A stretch of 64,000 nucleotides of DNA, taken from positions 16,041-80,040 of the forward strand of contig CAZAOO010000014.1 of assembly GCA_964486815.1 (NCBI GenBank). Direction: 5' to 3'. Both the position numbers and the translations under genes were made by a program. Below, one piece after another: positions 16,402 through 25,762 of the stretch. The notes below the pieces were generated by a model. That model was not told the DNA's origin and did no database searches. It was given only the letters and a program-made list of their open reading frames with translations. The DNA comes from an uncultured Thiotrichales bacterium (GTDB lineage Bacteria > Pseudomonadota > Gammaproteobacteria > UBA4575). How positions within the stretch are numbered: the stretch's first letter is position 1; every line of letters begins with the position of its first letter.

Positions 16402-17580
16402 CTATTTATCTAAACCAAGTGCATCATAAAGTTTTTTAACTTTATGCATATAAATCGCATCTGAATATTTTTCTTCGGCCAATTGGCTGGCTGCTTCAAC
16501 TTTTGCAACACCTAACTCTGGTTTGTTTATTAACTCATTCATGCCTTCACTAATACCTGCCGCATCCGGTGAAACGAGCATTGCAACATCCTTATTCAAC
16601 ACTTGCGTATGGGTTAGCATATCTGTGGCAATGATCGGCTTGCCGGTACGTAAGTATCCATATATTTTTAATGGCGTGTTCGTCCCCGTACATCTGGGAG
16701 AAACAATCATATCAGCGGCTTCAATATAAGACGGAATTTCAGATGGGTGTACAGTGCCTGTGAACAATATTGATCCATCAATGGCTAATTTTATTGCAAG
16801 CTCTTTGTACTTATCAACCTGCTCTTCACGCCCACCTACCATAATTAAAAATGCTTCAGAATATTTATTCAGTGTTAACTTAAATGCTTCAAATAAAATA
16901 TCAATACCTTGATATTTCTCAAACGTGCCGGTATAGAGAATGATTTTTTTGTTTTGCAGAGCATGCTTCTGCCTTATATCCACATTTTTATTAGAAAATA
17001 CTTTGCTATCATCAGCAGTGTTCTCAATTAATTCATGGGGTGTATCTAAACCAAAACTCTCAACCAAATCTGCAAGCTCAGGACAAATAGTAATGGTTGC
17101 ATCACAACTCGTCAGCACTTTGTTTTCAAGATATTCAAATATGTTTTTAAAAAAACCAAGGTTAAAGGAGTTGAAGTTAGCTAACTGTTGAGGAAGGCTG
17201 CTATGCATATCATAGACATGCCGCATATTATATTTTTTCGCCAAACGCATTGCAAAAAAGGCAGCTTCTTCATGCGAATGAATAACATCGTATTTTTTCT
17301 GTTTCAGCAACTTTCTGGTTGTTAAGAAAAGACTAATATCAAGAAATATTTTCTGGATTGATGGGCCAATCTTAATATCTTTGATACATCCCCAATTACC
17401 TGATCTGATAATTTTCAAACCAACAAAGCCAACATCCTCACCAAAGGGATAGGTCACCATGTCTACTTCATAACCCATCTCACACAACGCGCGTACGCGG
17501 TGCAGCACACTAAAGGGGGTCCCACGCGCTCTGAAATAAGGCTGCGGGGTCAGCATCAGAACTCGATTTTTAAGCATCAA
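16402..17580 (-). CDS. GT4-family (GT-B) glycosyltransferase
   Basis: The N-terminus VLMLTPQPYFRARGTPFSVLHRVRAL and the overall GT-B layout support the call. It possibly belongs to one of the PEP-CTERM/exosortase-associated sugar transferase families (memory only). Confidence 0.75.
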   Translation of the reverse strand: MMLKNRVLMLTPQPYFRARGTPFSVLHRVRALCEMGYEVDMVTYPFGEDVGFVGLKIIRSGNWGCIKDIKIGPSIQKIFLDISLFLTTRKLLKQKKYDVIHSHEEAAFFAMRLAKKYNMRHVYDMHSSLPQQLANFNSFNLGFFKNIFEYLENKVLTSCDATITICPELADLVESFGLDTPHELIENTADDSKVFSNKNVDIRQKHALQNKKIILYTGTFEKYQGIDILFEAFKLTLNKYSEAFLIMVGGREEQVDKYKELAIKLAIDGSILFTGTVHPSEIPSYIEAADMIVSPRCTGTNTPLKIYGYLRTGKPIIATDMLTHTQVLNKDVAMLVSPDAAGISEGMNELINKPELGVAKVEAASQLAEEKYSDAIYMHKVKKLYDALGLDK

Positions 17581-17940
17581 TATTGAGGTTCTTCTAGTCT
17601 ATAAATTAAGCAGCTTATAGGGCTGCAGACAGCAAGGATCTACTATCGGATATGGTTCAAATACGCTACTTTAACGTACACCAACGAGCTTTGTACTCAC
17701 TAATCGTATCAATGGGCCTACTCTTAAGCTAGGCAGTCTAAGCAAAAGCTAGATCACTAAAATGTACTGAAATATTACGAATTATACAGTGACCCTCATC
17801 AACATTCTCGATATGCTTAATCTCATAATTTAAGCTACAGTCAGGCAAGCTATTGGCATCATTCAGTCTAAGCTTGCATCTAGTCACCATTAAATTCGAA
17901 TACATAATCAACACACTAAATTTACCATCGTTACTATTTA

Positions 17941-19167
17941 ATGACTTACAGCCCTCTAGATAACTTTGAGATCCGAGATAATGTGTTATGCATTTCCAGC
18001 CAGCGCATAACCGACCTTATTAAGTCAGGCATAAATCCACCCTGCTATATTTATTCTAAACAAATAGTAGATAAAAAAATAAACCTACTTAGAGACACGC
18101 TTCCAAAGTCGATAAAAATACACTATTCCATCAAAGCCAACCCCTTGCCCGAGCTGGTGAACCACATTAAAGATCAAATTGATGGCCTTGAGGTATCCTC
18201 ATTAGCCGAAATGAAAACAGCACTTGCCACAGGGATAGATAGTCAAAATATTTGCCTGACGGGGCCTGGGAAAAGCTACGAAGAACTTGAAATTGCAATA
18301 AAAAACAAAATTGTTATAAGTGCAGAATCAAGTTTAGAACTTCATAGACTTGATGAAATCGGTAGTGAAATTATGCGTAAACCATCTGTTCTGGTACGTA
18401 TAAACCCACCTTTCACACAAAAAAGAGCGGGTATGAAGATGGCAAGTGGATCAAGTCAATTTGGCATTGATTCTGAGGAAGTGCCAGAACTTATAAAATG
18501 GATTGAAAGCTCGTGTATAGATTTTCATGGCTTTCATGTTTACAGCGGATCACAAATTCTGGACATAGAAGCTCTGAGTTATTCCCAAAGCAAAACTTTT
18601 GAACTAATTAATGAACTTGCATCCTTATGCAAGCAACCTATCAAAACTATCAATATCGGTGGTGGCTTTGGTATTCCATATTTTTCAAAACATCTACCCT
18701 TAGATTTGAACTCAGTATCAAAAAATTTGGAAAGATTAATTCCCACCTTAGAGTCAAGCAATTTTAGACAACCCATTACTCCTATCATAGAACTAGGGCG
18801 CTATATTGTCGGTGAATCTGGCATTTATCTATCAGAAGTCGTCGACAAAAAGATATCTAGAGGAAAAACATATTTGGTTACAAATGGTGGCATGCATCAT
18901 CAGTTAGCTGCATCAGGCAATTTAGGACAAAAAAATAGAAAGAACTTCCCTATCTGCATTGCAAATAAAATTGATACTTCCGAAAAAGAAATAGTGAATA
19001 TAGTTGGAAAGCTATGCACACCACTAGATATCCTCGGGGAAGAAGCAGAAGTAAGTCGAGCTGAAGTTGGAGACTTGGTAGCTATATTTCAATCAGGAGC
19101 ATACGGCTATACTGCAAGTCCTATTAATTTTCTTAGCCAGCCATTTGCAAGTGAAATAATTCTATAA
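17941..19167 (+). CDS. Fold-type III PLP-dependent decarboxylase (Orn/DAP/Arg decarboxylase family)
   Basis: HYSIKANP (PLP lysine), GGGFGIPY, ELGRYIVGESG, GKLCTPLD and QSGAYG motifs are all present. It resembles the family I recall being named pyridoxal-dependent decarboxylase, exosortase A system-associated. Confidence 0.85.
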   Translation: MTYSPLDNFEIRDNVLCISSQRITDLIKSGINPPCYIYSKQIVDKKINLLRDTLPKSIKIHYSIKANPLPELVNHIKDQIDGLEVSSLAEMKTALATGIDSQNICLTGPGKSYEELEIAIKNKIVISAESSLELHRLDEIGSEIMRKPSVLVRINPPFTQKRAGMKMASGSSQFGIDSEEVPELIKWIESSCIDFHGFHVYSGSQILDIEALSYSQSKTFELINELASLCKQPIKTINIGGGFGIPYFSKHLPLDLNSVSKNLERLIPTLESSNFRQPITPIIELGRYIVGESGIYLSEVVDKKISRGKTYLVTNGGMHHQLAASGNLGQKNRKNFPICIANKIDTSEKEIVNIVGKLCTPLDILGEEAEVSRAEVGDLVAIFQSGAYGYTASPINFLSQPFASEIIL

Positions 19168-19168
19168 G

Positions 19169-21199
19169 CTAATTACTGTTGATCTTATAAACATCGATTG
19201 TTTTATCTATATTTGAGTAAACAATATTATCTTTATACTTAGCTCGAATATACTTTTCTATTTCAAGATCATTTGACCTTCGATTTGCTGAAAAATTAAT
19301 TAACCAAATATTTTTATCATTTTCCAATAATTCATATAATTGCTGCTTATCTGAGATAAGATTTGCATTTGTCCAGAATTCTTTTTTTCCATCACAAGCA
19401 GATAAACCCACGAACTCTTCTTCATTTTTATACCAAAACATATAATCTAATTGATCCAAATAATGTGCGACTACAGGAACATAAATAGAGACCACCACAT
19501 CACCGCTTTTAAGATTATTATTAATATATTCTCCAGGCGTTCTGTAATCTTTTCGAGGATAGTATTGCATATATTTAGGCATACTATAATTTTGCCTAAA
19601 ATTTATCTCAGCTGCCTGAACATTGATAATATGTTTAAAATTATAATCTTCAAATATATAAAGAGAACCGAAGATTAACGTTGGCAAAACAAGCATGTAT
19701 AGCACTTTATTTTTTTTGAACACTTCTAATAAATATACAACTGCTATGGAAAATAAAATCAAAACTAGTGGGTATATAAAAAAAGTATATTTAATTTGTG
19801 AATACGTAGTTTGTAAAATAGATACAGCAAGAAATAGGACTAAAACAATACCGGCTAGAAAACATATTCTCTTATCTAATTCCTTATATCTAATCAAGCA
19901 AAATAAGGATGTTACAATAATTACTGAAGCCATTACGATAGACTGAATAGGCATAGCCTGAAACCATAGCCGGGCTACTTTGTAGTAAAAATCTGGGTAT
20001 TTTAAAAAATATTTTGGCATTTCTGAAATACCATCATAATTAGAAAAGTAAAAAATCAGATGCACAAATAAAATCAAAAGCGTACTAACTAAAAATAATA
20101 ATAAATTATTATTAGTTAGTATTGAAATAATCGGAGAGCTTTTTTCATCTGATAACTTTGAATAAAATAACAATATTAAAATCAAAAGACATAGCCAGAG
20201 AAATAACATATGCAGAAGGGAGGCTAGAAGTATTGAAAGTAATAATGCATACAATAGAAAATTAACTCTAGATGATTTTACAAATCTAACAAAAAAATAT
20301 AAGCCTGCAAAAACCAGCAGTACAATAGGAATTAAATAGAATTGATTTACATATATCATCCCCCACATTGAGTCAGACACTTGGATAGGAAAAGAGGAAA
20401 AAATCTGTGGGCTAATTTCTTTCAAACTAGATGCAGTAGTTGATACTGTAGCGTCATCAATAAAATTAGATGGCATGCCCGTAACTACTGACTCATCATT
20501 TAAAGATACATTACCAGAGTTGACTGCTCTAAAGTCTGTAAGAGTGTATTTCATATAAACGATAGGTAACGAGATTAATAACAAAATATTAGTTTTATTT
20601 ATTCGTATAAACCCTAAAATAAATGGAAGGAAATTTAGAGCAAGTAAAAATATTGCCCCCTCATATAAAAATATTGATAAAAATGACATGCCAAACAAAA
20701 CATATTGAGATTTACTTGAGGGCTCATAAACACTTTTAATGAGATACAAAATATAGATTAAAAACACGAGCTGGAATGGACTATACATTCTTGCAAATCT
20801 TGCAAACTCTATTTCCCAAACAGATAGCATAAACAAGATAATCGCGATAAGCGCAACATATATACCGCCAAATTTTTTAGCAATTAAATAAACTGGAATT
20901 ACTGCTAATAAAGATGTAATTGATGGCAATATACGGGCAGCAAATTCTATAGACTCAAATATTTTTAATGGGAATATAGATAAATATTGCAATAAAATAC
21001 CACGAACATAATATCCACCACACTCAAGCTGAGGAACACCGAAGGCTAAAGTTTTTAATGCAGCCGTTGTTAAATAATATTCATCTTCTGCAAGTGGCCA
21101 CATTCCTAAGGAAACAAACCTGGCATAGCAGCCAAACAAAAAACTTACGAATACAAAACACAACAACAAAAAGCTTCTAAAATTATACTGATAAAGCAT
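19169..21199 (-). CDS. Large polytopic GT-C-fold glycosyltransferase candidate (ArnT/PMT-like)
   Basis: 676 aa with more than 10 predicted TM helices. An acidic motif sits in the first extracytoplasmic loop (WPLAEDEYY), as in GT-C enzymes. A C-terminal soluble domain of about 170 aa follows. Confidence 0.5.
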   Translation of the reverse strand: MLYQYNFRSFLLLCFVFVSFLFGCYARFVSLGMWPLAEDEYYLTTAALKTLAFGVPQLECGGYYVRGILLQYLSIFPLKIFESIEFAARILPSITSLLAVIPVYLIAKKFGGIYVALIAIILFMLSVWEIEFARFARMYSPFQLVFLIYILYLIKSVYEPSSKSQYVLFGMSFLSIFLYEGAIFLLALNFLPFILGFIRINKTNILLLISLPIVYMKYTLTDFRAVNSGNVSLNDESVVTGMPSNFIDDATVSTTASSLKEISPQIFSSFPIQVSDSMWGMIYVNQFYLIPIVLLVFAGLYFFVRFVKSSRVNFLLYALLLSILLASLLHMLFLWLCLLILILLFYSKLSDEKSSPIISILTNNNLLLFLVSTLLILFVHLIFYFSNYDGISEMPKYFLKYPDFYYKVARLWFQAMPIQSIVMASVIIVTSLFCLIRYKELDKRICFLAGIVLVLFLAVSILQTTYSQIKYTFFIYPLVLILFSIAVVYLLEVFKKNKVLYMLVLPTLIFGSLYIFEDYNFKHIINVQAAEINFRQNYSMPKYMQYYPRKDYRTPGEYINNNLKSGDVVVSIYVPVVAHYLDQLDYMFWYKNEEEFVGLSACDGKKEFWTNANLISDKQQLYELLENDKNIWLINFSANRRSNDLEIEKYIRAKYKDNIVYSNIDKTIDVYKINSN

Positions 21200-21285
21200 T
21201 ACATAAGAATAACAGATACAAATGTGGCTATTAAATATAAATGTGGTCTCTTAACCATGAAAAATATGAAAATAGCACTAAAATC

Positions 21286-21301
21286 AGTGATAGAATTCAC
21301 A
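21286..21301. promoter_or_regulatory. Near-perfect CRP-type site aGTGA-TAGAAT-TCACA (9/10)
   Basis: aatcAGTGAtagaatTCACAtaat lies in the 121-bp divergent spacer between the GT-C gene (start 21199) and the FG-GAP gene (start 21321/21336). Confidence 0.4.
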
Positions 21302-21320
21302 TAATATCCCAATTTTCTGT

Positions 21321-22859
21321 GTGGAACATTATCCCGTGATTGAAAACTACCGCATTAAAACTACACTACTATGTGTTTTATTATTTACTTTATTCTCTAC
21401 ACATTCCAATGGCAAAGATATTTCTGAACTTAGCTTCAAAAATGTTACAAGCAAAGTTCTGGTTGGTGAAACTTGCGAGGCTGGAAAGCCATTTGATGTA
21501 GACTTTATAGATGCTAATAATGATGGATTGTTTGATCTTTTTGCTTTTTCACATGGAGGTGTCTCACATTGCTTATACCTTCAAAACAAAGATGGCACTT
21601 TCAATTATATTGACGGACATACCTCTAATTACACTCAAAGCAAAATACCTCCCAGAGGATCTTCCCGCGCTACCTTTGCTGATCTAAATGGTGACAAAAA
21701 AGAAGACTTTACAGGACTTGAAGCCGACATAACTAGCGCTGTATGGCTGAATATTACTGAGAGTGGTGCCCATATACCAAAATATAAAAACAAGTCTAAA
21801 TGGTGCGAATCTCATGACCACTGCACAATTGGCGAATTAAATGGTGATGGAGTAATCGATGTCATTCATAACGACGGCAGAATAAATGCAGCCAGCGGTC
21901 GCCCTGTTAAAAATATAAAAAAAGCTGGTAACTGGAATGCAGTAGATATCAATAACGACAGTTGGCCTGACTTAATAGATCCTTCAAAGGGTGGGTACTG
22001 GAAAAATCACAACAACTCATACACCTGGGTACCAACACCAGAATTGTTATTGTGCGAAGGTGGAAGAATACAAGATTATGCTGATTACAATAATGATGGG
22101 TTTATCGATGTATTATGCAGCAATGGTAACGCAAAAACTAAAAATAACGGGGGCAGCTGGTTTATCTTCAAAAATGTAAATGGAAATTCATTCAAGAATA
22201 TGACGAGCGGCTCTGGAATAGATAAGCTTGGATGGCTACCTTACTGGACCAGTTACTCTAATACTTATAATGCAGACTTAAATAATGACACTTTAATTGA
22301 CATTACTTTTGCTGGTTTACATTACACAAAAGGCAAAGGGCTTGTTGTTATGCAAAATAAAGGAGACTTCATTTTTGAGAAAGTAAATCTAAATTTCAAT
22401 GACCATTGCCAAGGAAATTATAAATGCAAACCTAGAGTGGATATTGCTGATTATAATAATGATGGCCAACTTGATTTGTTAAAAATGTATGCGGGCTCTG
22501 ACAAAACAAGTATTGAGCTATATGAAAACACTTCTACCAACAACAACAACTGGATAAAAATTAGAGTAAGAGGGAAAAACAAAAATACAGATGGGCTTCA
22601 TACCAAACTAAATTTTTATGATGCCAATAGTAATGAGCTACTTTCTAGCTATCAAATTTTAAGCCATTTTGATGGTCGAATGAGATACATACATACCGGA
22701 TTAGGGAGCGCAGAAAAAGTTAATGTTGAAATCACATGGCCGCATGAAGATGGCGTTGAAATGCTTAACTCAGTCAAGCCCAATCAAGAACTGATATTAT
22801 ATTATTCGAAAAATGGAACTGAAGTAATAAAGAATTGGACTCCTGGAAATGGATGGTAG
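21321..22859 (+). CDS. Secreted FG-GAP/VCBS-repeat beta-propeller protein with a C-terminal ASPIC/UnbV domain (CRTAC1-like)
   Basis: At least seven Ca-binding-type repeats (DANNDGLFDL, DLNGDKKEDF, ELNGDGVIDV, DINNDSWPDL, DYNNDGFIDV, DLNNDTLIDI, DYNNDGQLDL). The C-terminus reads NNWIKIRVRGKNKNTDGLHTKL...VNVEITWP. Signal peptide TTLLCVLLFTLFSTHSNG. The start is GTG 21321, with an alternative GTG at 21336. Confidence 0.8.
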   Translation: MEHYPVIENYRIKTTLLCVLLFTLFSTHSNGKDISELSFKNVTSKVLVGETCEAGKPFDVDFIDANNDGLFDLFAFSHGGVSHCLYLQNKDGTFNYIDGHTSNYTQSKIPPRGSSRATFADLNGDKKEDFTGLEADITSAVWLNITESGAHIPKYKNKSKWCESHDHCTIGELNGDGVIDVIHNDGRINAASGRPVKNIKKAGNWNAVDINNDSWPDLIDPSKGGYWKNHNNSYTWVPTPELLLCEGGRIQDYADYNNDGFIDVLCSNGNAKTKNNGGSWFIFKNVNGNSFKNMTSGSGIDKLGWLPYWTSYSNTYNADLNNDTLIDITFAGLHYTKGKGLVVMQNKGDFIFEKVNLNFNDHCQGNYKCKPRVDIADYNNDGQLDLLKMYAGSDKTSIELYENTSTNNNNWIKIRVRGKNKNTDGLHTKLNFYDANSNELLSSYQILSHFDGRMRYIHTGLGSAEKVNVEITWPHEDGVEMLNSVKPNQELILYYSKNGTEVIKNWTPGNGW

Positions 22860-22915
22860 TAGTTATTCAAAGTAATACCAATTAACCCTTTCGCATCTAT
22901 AACCTCGAAAATTAT

Positions 22916-24538
22916 ATGAAATATATTTTCTACCTATCAATTCTAAACATATTGTCCTGTTTAATCAGTACAGCTCATGCAATTGAAGACAACATCATTT
23001 CCCATCTTGCAAATGAATACACCACCGAGCAAGAAACCAAGATGATATTGCATTTGAATGAAGACATTAACATCAGTAATTTAGACACACTAAGCTTCAA
23101 TATTCCTCTGCCACCAGGACTAATGGCGCCTGGCAAGCACCTAAAGATTTTTCATAAAGACAATGAAATTAAACTCTACTCTACCCCTCACATTTGGTGG
23201 AAAGAAATAAGCACCAATGAGGATCATTCCATCCGGTCTTTAGCTGTACAAATTCCAAATGAAAATTACTCATTCCCACTTGAGCTATCCATTCTCTTCA
23301 ATAACACCCCTAGTGATAAAAAATATTTGAAGCCAATAGCTGAAAAGAAATTCACCACTAAAATCATTAGCCTTGACAAGGAGGGCAGTAAGAAAGAAAT
23401 TCCAATACAAAGCCCATTTGTCTACCCCACATTCCAACCCGAATGGTTATCAAAATGCTTATTAAGAAGCTTCTCTTTACCGATTAACAAAAATACAAAG
23501 CTCAAATGGTTTGATGATGCTTTTTTACAATACTCAAATGCATATCTAAACAATACACTAAGTGCTCTAAACAAAAGTGGGAATATTTCTCTTCTCGACT
23601 CTGAACCTTGGATGTATGACCTCGCTGCTACATTTTTTAATATGTATATAAAAACAGGAGATATAAAATGGCTACGTCATGCACATGTAACAAGCCAAAT
23701 ATATGCTCACCACATAGATGAAGATGGTCAACTTAACTTCGATAGTAAAAAAGATTTAAAATATAGTTACAACCTTTCTATACTTATCGACAGTATACTT
23801 ATCGGTGATGAGTCATTGCATCCGAAAATGGAAAAGATTGCTAGTTTCACCTCAAAATGGAAAGAGGACTATAAATTTGGAAGTGGGTTTTGGACTGAAC
23901 GACACCAGACATACTCATTACTTGGATCATTAGTTGCTTGGGAGGCAACCGGCAAAAAAGACCACTTAAATAATGCTATCAAAATAGCTGAAGCGACAAT
24001 TAACGAAGCACTTAATCCAGAAAACAATTGGGAACCCCTGGGCTGCGTATTACACACCGTACGCTCACATGAAGGTGACGATGATGACAGACCAGGCTGT
24101 AGCCCCTGGATGTCTGCACTTTTGTCCGAAGCGATGTTTAGATACTACTTACAATCTGGTGACAATAATGCACTAAACTTTGTTTACAATCTTGCGATAT
24201 TTATTACTAAATTTGGCACTTACCAGGTCACTGACGACCGCCACTTAAAAGGCCAACACATTCCTTGGTATTTTGCTGGTAAAAATCTCGAATATACTGA
24301 TAACGGCCCATGGGATGATAGACAACATGCATGTGATGTATCAGGCTTACTCGCTAGAGGATCTTGGGCTGGCAAAATATTAAACAAAGACACCGCAGCC
24401 ATTCACTCCACGACAGAAAACTTATTAGAAACGTGCAAAAAATCATTTAGCAAAAAAATAAAACCGCATAGAAAGTACAATTGGTGGTTTGGAACAACAT
24501 CTGATCTAACTTACTTTTATCAAAACATGGATATCTAA
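22916..24538 (+). CDS. Secreted protein of unknown function, possibly an (alpha/alpha)-toroid polysaccharide-active enzyme
   Basis: Signal peptide YLSILNILSCLISTAHA. The helical C-terminal half carries toroid-like motifs (EPWMYDLAATFFNMYIKTGDIKWLRHAH; PWMSALLSEAMFRYYLQSGDNNAL). No confident family assignment was possible. Confidence 0.3.
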   Translation: MKYIFYLSILNILSCLISTAHAIEDNIISHLANEYTTEQETKMILHLNEDINISNLDTLSFNIPLPPGLMAPGKHLKIFHKDNEIKLYSTPHIWWKEISTNEDHSIRSLAVQIPNENYSFPLELSILFNNTPSDKKYLKPIAEKKFTTKIISLDKEGSKKEIPIQSPFVYPTFQPEWLSKCLLRSFSLPINKNTKLKWFDDAFLQYSNAYLNNTLSALNKSGNISLLDSEPWMYDLAATFFNMYIKTGDIKWLRHAHVTSQIYAHHIDEDGQLNFDSKKDLKYSYNLSILIDSILIGDESLHPKMEKIASFTSKWKEDYKFGSGFWTERHQTYSLLGSLVAWEATGKKDHLNNAIKIAEATINEALNPENNWEPLGCVLHTVRSHEGDDDDRPGCSPWMSALLSEAMFRYYLQSGDNNALNFVYNLAIFITKFGTYQVTDDRHLKGQHIPWYFAGKNLEYTDNGPWDDRQHACDVSGLLARGSWAGKILNKDTAAIHSTTENLLETCKKSFSKKIKPHRKYNWWFGTTSDLTYFYQNMDI

Positions 24539-24717
24539 ATTCTCGCTTCTACAGAAAATACAACGACCCTACAAGCTCTCACCATTTATCGGAAACCTAA
24601 GCAAATAGCAAGAAAATGAATGCAGAGTTTACTGTTCCAGAATCGTTTTTAGCTTTATTTCATAATCTCTGCACAGTATTTCCATAGCACTATAAATACT
24701 AACAAGTATAATAATTA

Positions 24718-25737
24718 ATGAGCAAAAGAGAGCTATTAAATAAAGCCATATATTTTACAGGTCTTAGTGTTGCCATTAGACATTATAAGCAATATTTCAA
24801 AAACGAATTACCAATACTTGCTTATCATCGAATTTCTGACTATGAGCCTAATTCTCTAAATAACGATATTGAACTAATTAGTGCTACACCTAAAATATTT
24901 GAAGAACAATTACGATATATAGATAAACACTACACACCAATTACTTTTTCTGAATTGGAGCATTATACCCAGATAAGAAAAAAGGTACCTACAAAAAAAC
25001 CTCAAATTATTATTACTTTTGATGACGGATTTTATGACAACTACGAATATGCATATCCACTTTTAAAAAAATATAATATGCCAGCAACATTTTTTTTAGT
25101 GACCAGCGCCATAGACAACCAAATGCCTCTGTGGTTTGATTATATTGCCTATATGATCATGACATATGAACATGAAACATTGATTTTAAATAAAAAGAAA
25201 TACACGTTATCTTATAATCGTGCGGAAAAAAGAAAATTTATTGAAAAATTATTATTGGATTTGAGACCTATAAATAATACTAGTCGGCTCCAAATTATTG
25301 ATGAACTTGAACAGCAAACAGGTTGTTTAAATAAATATCTAAAATACGTTAGATATTTAGGCTGGAATGAAATAAAAGAAATGAGTTGCTCAGGAATGGA
25401 ATTTGGATCGCACTCACTTACACACCCAATCTTATCCAGTATAAACGAGAAAGAGCTATATAATGAAGTAAAACTATCAAAAGAAGCAATAGAAGAGAAT
25501 CTTAACAAACCATGTGATATATTTTCTTATCCTGTGGGTGGTTATGAGGAATATAATAAATGCGCAATTAAGGCGTTATATAACTGTAATTATAAATATG
25601 CCTGCACATATGAACCTGGGATAAATAAATTACCTATATATGATCGCTTTCAATTAAAGCGCATACATATTGAACGATATACTAGTTTTCCTACCTTCAA
25701 AAATGTCATTACATCATCTATTTTTACATACAAATAA
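24718..25737 (+). CDS. Polysaccharide deacetylase (CE4, NodB homology domain)
   Basis: IIITFDDGFYDNYEYAYPLLKKYNMPATFFLVTS (motif 1, DD) and EFGSHSLTHPIL (H-x-x-x-x-H motif). Confidence 0.85.
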   Translation: MSKRELLNKAIYFTGLSVAIRHYKQYFKNELPILAYHRISDYEPNSLNNDIELISATPKIFEEQLRYIDKHYTPITFSELEHYTQIRKKVPTKKPQIIITFDDGFYDNYEYAYPLLKKYNMPATFFLVTSAIDNQMPLWFDYIAYMIMTYEHETLILNKKKYTLSYNRAEKRKFIEKLLLDLRPINNTSRLQIIDELEQQTGCLNKYLKYVRYLGWNEIKEMSCSGMEFGSHSLTHPILSSINEKELYNEVKLSKEAIEENLNKPCDIFSYPVGGYEEYNKCAIKALYNCNYKYACTYEPGINKLPIYDRFQLKRIHIERYTSFPTFKNVITSSIFTYK

Positions 25738-25762
25738 TCTAGCCATTTTTGAGACATAAAAC

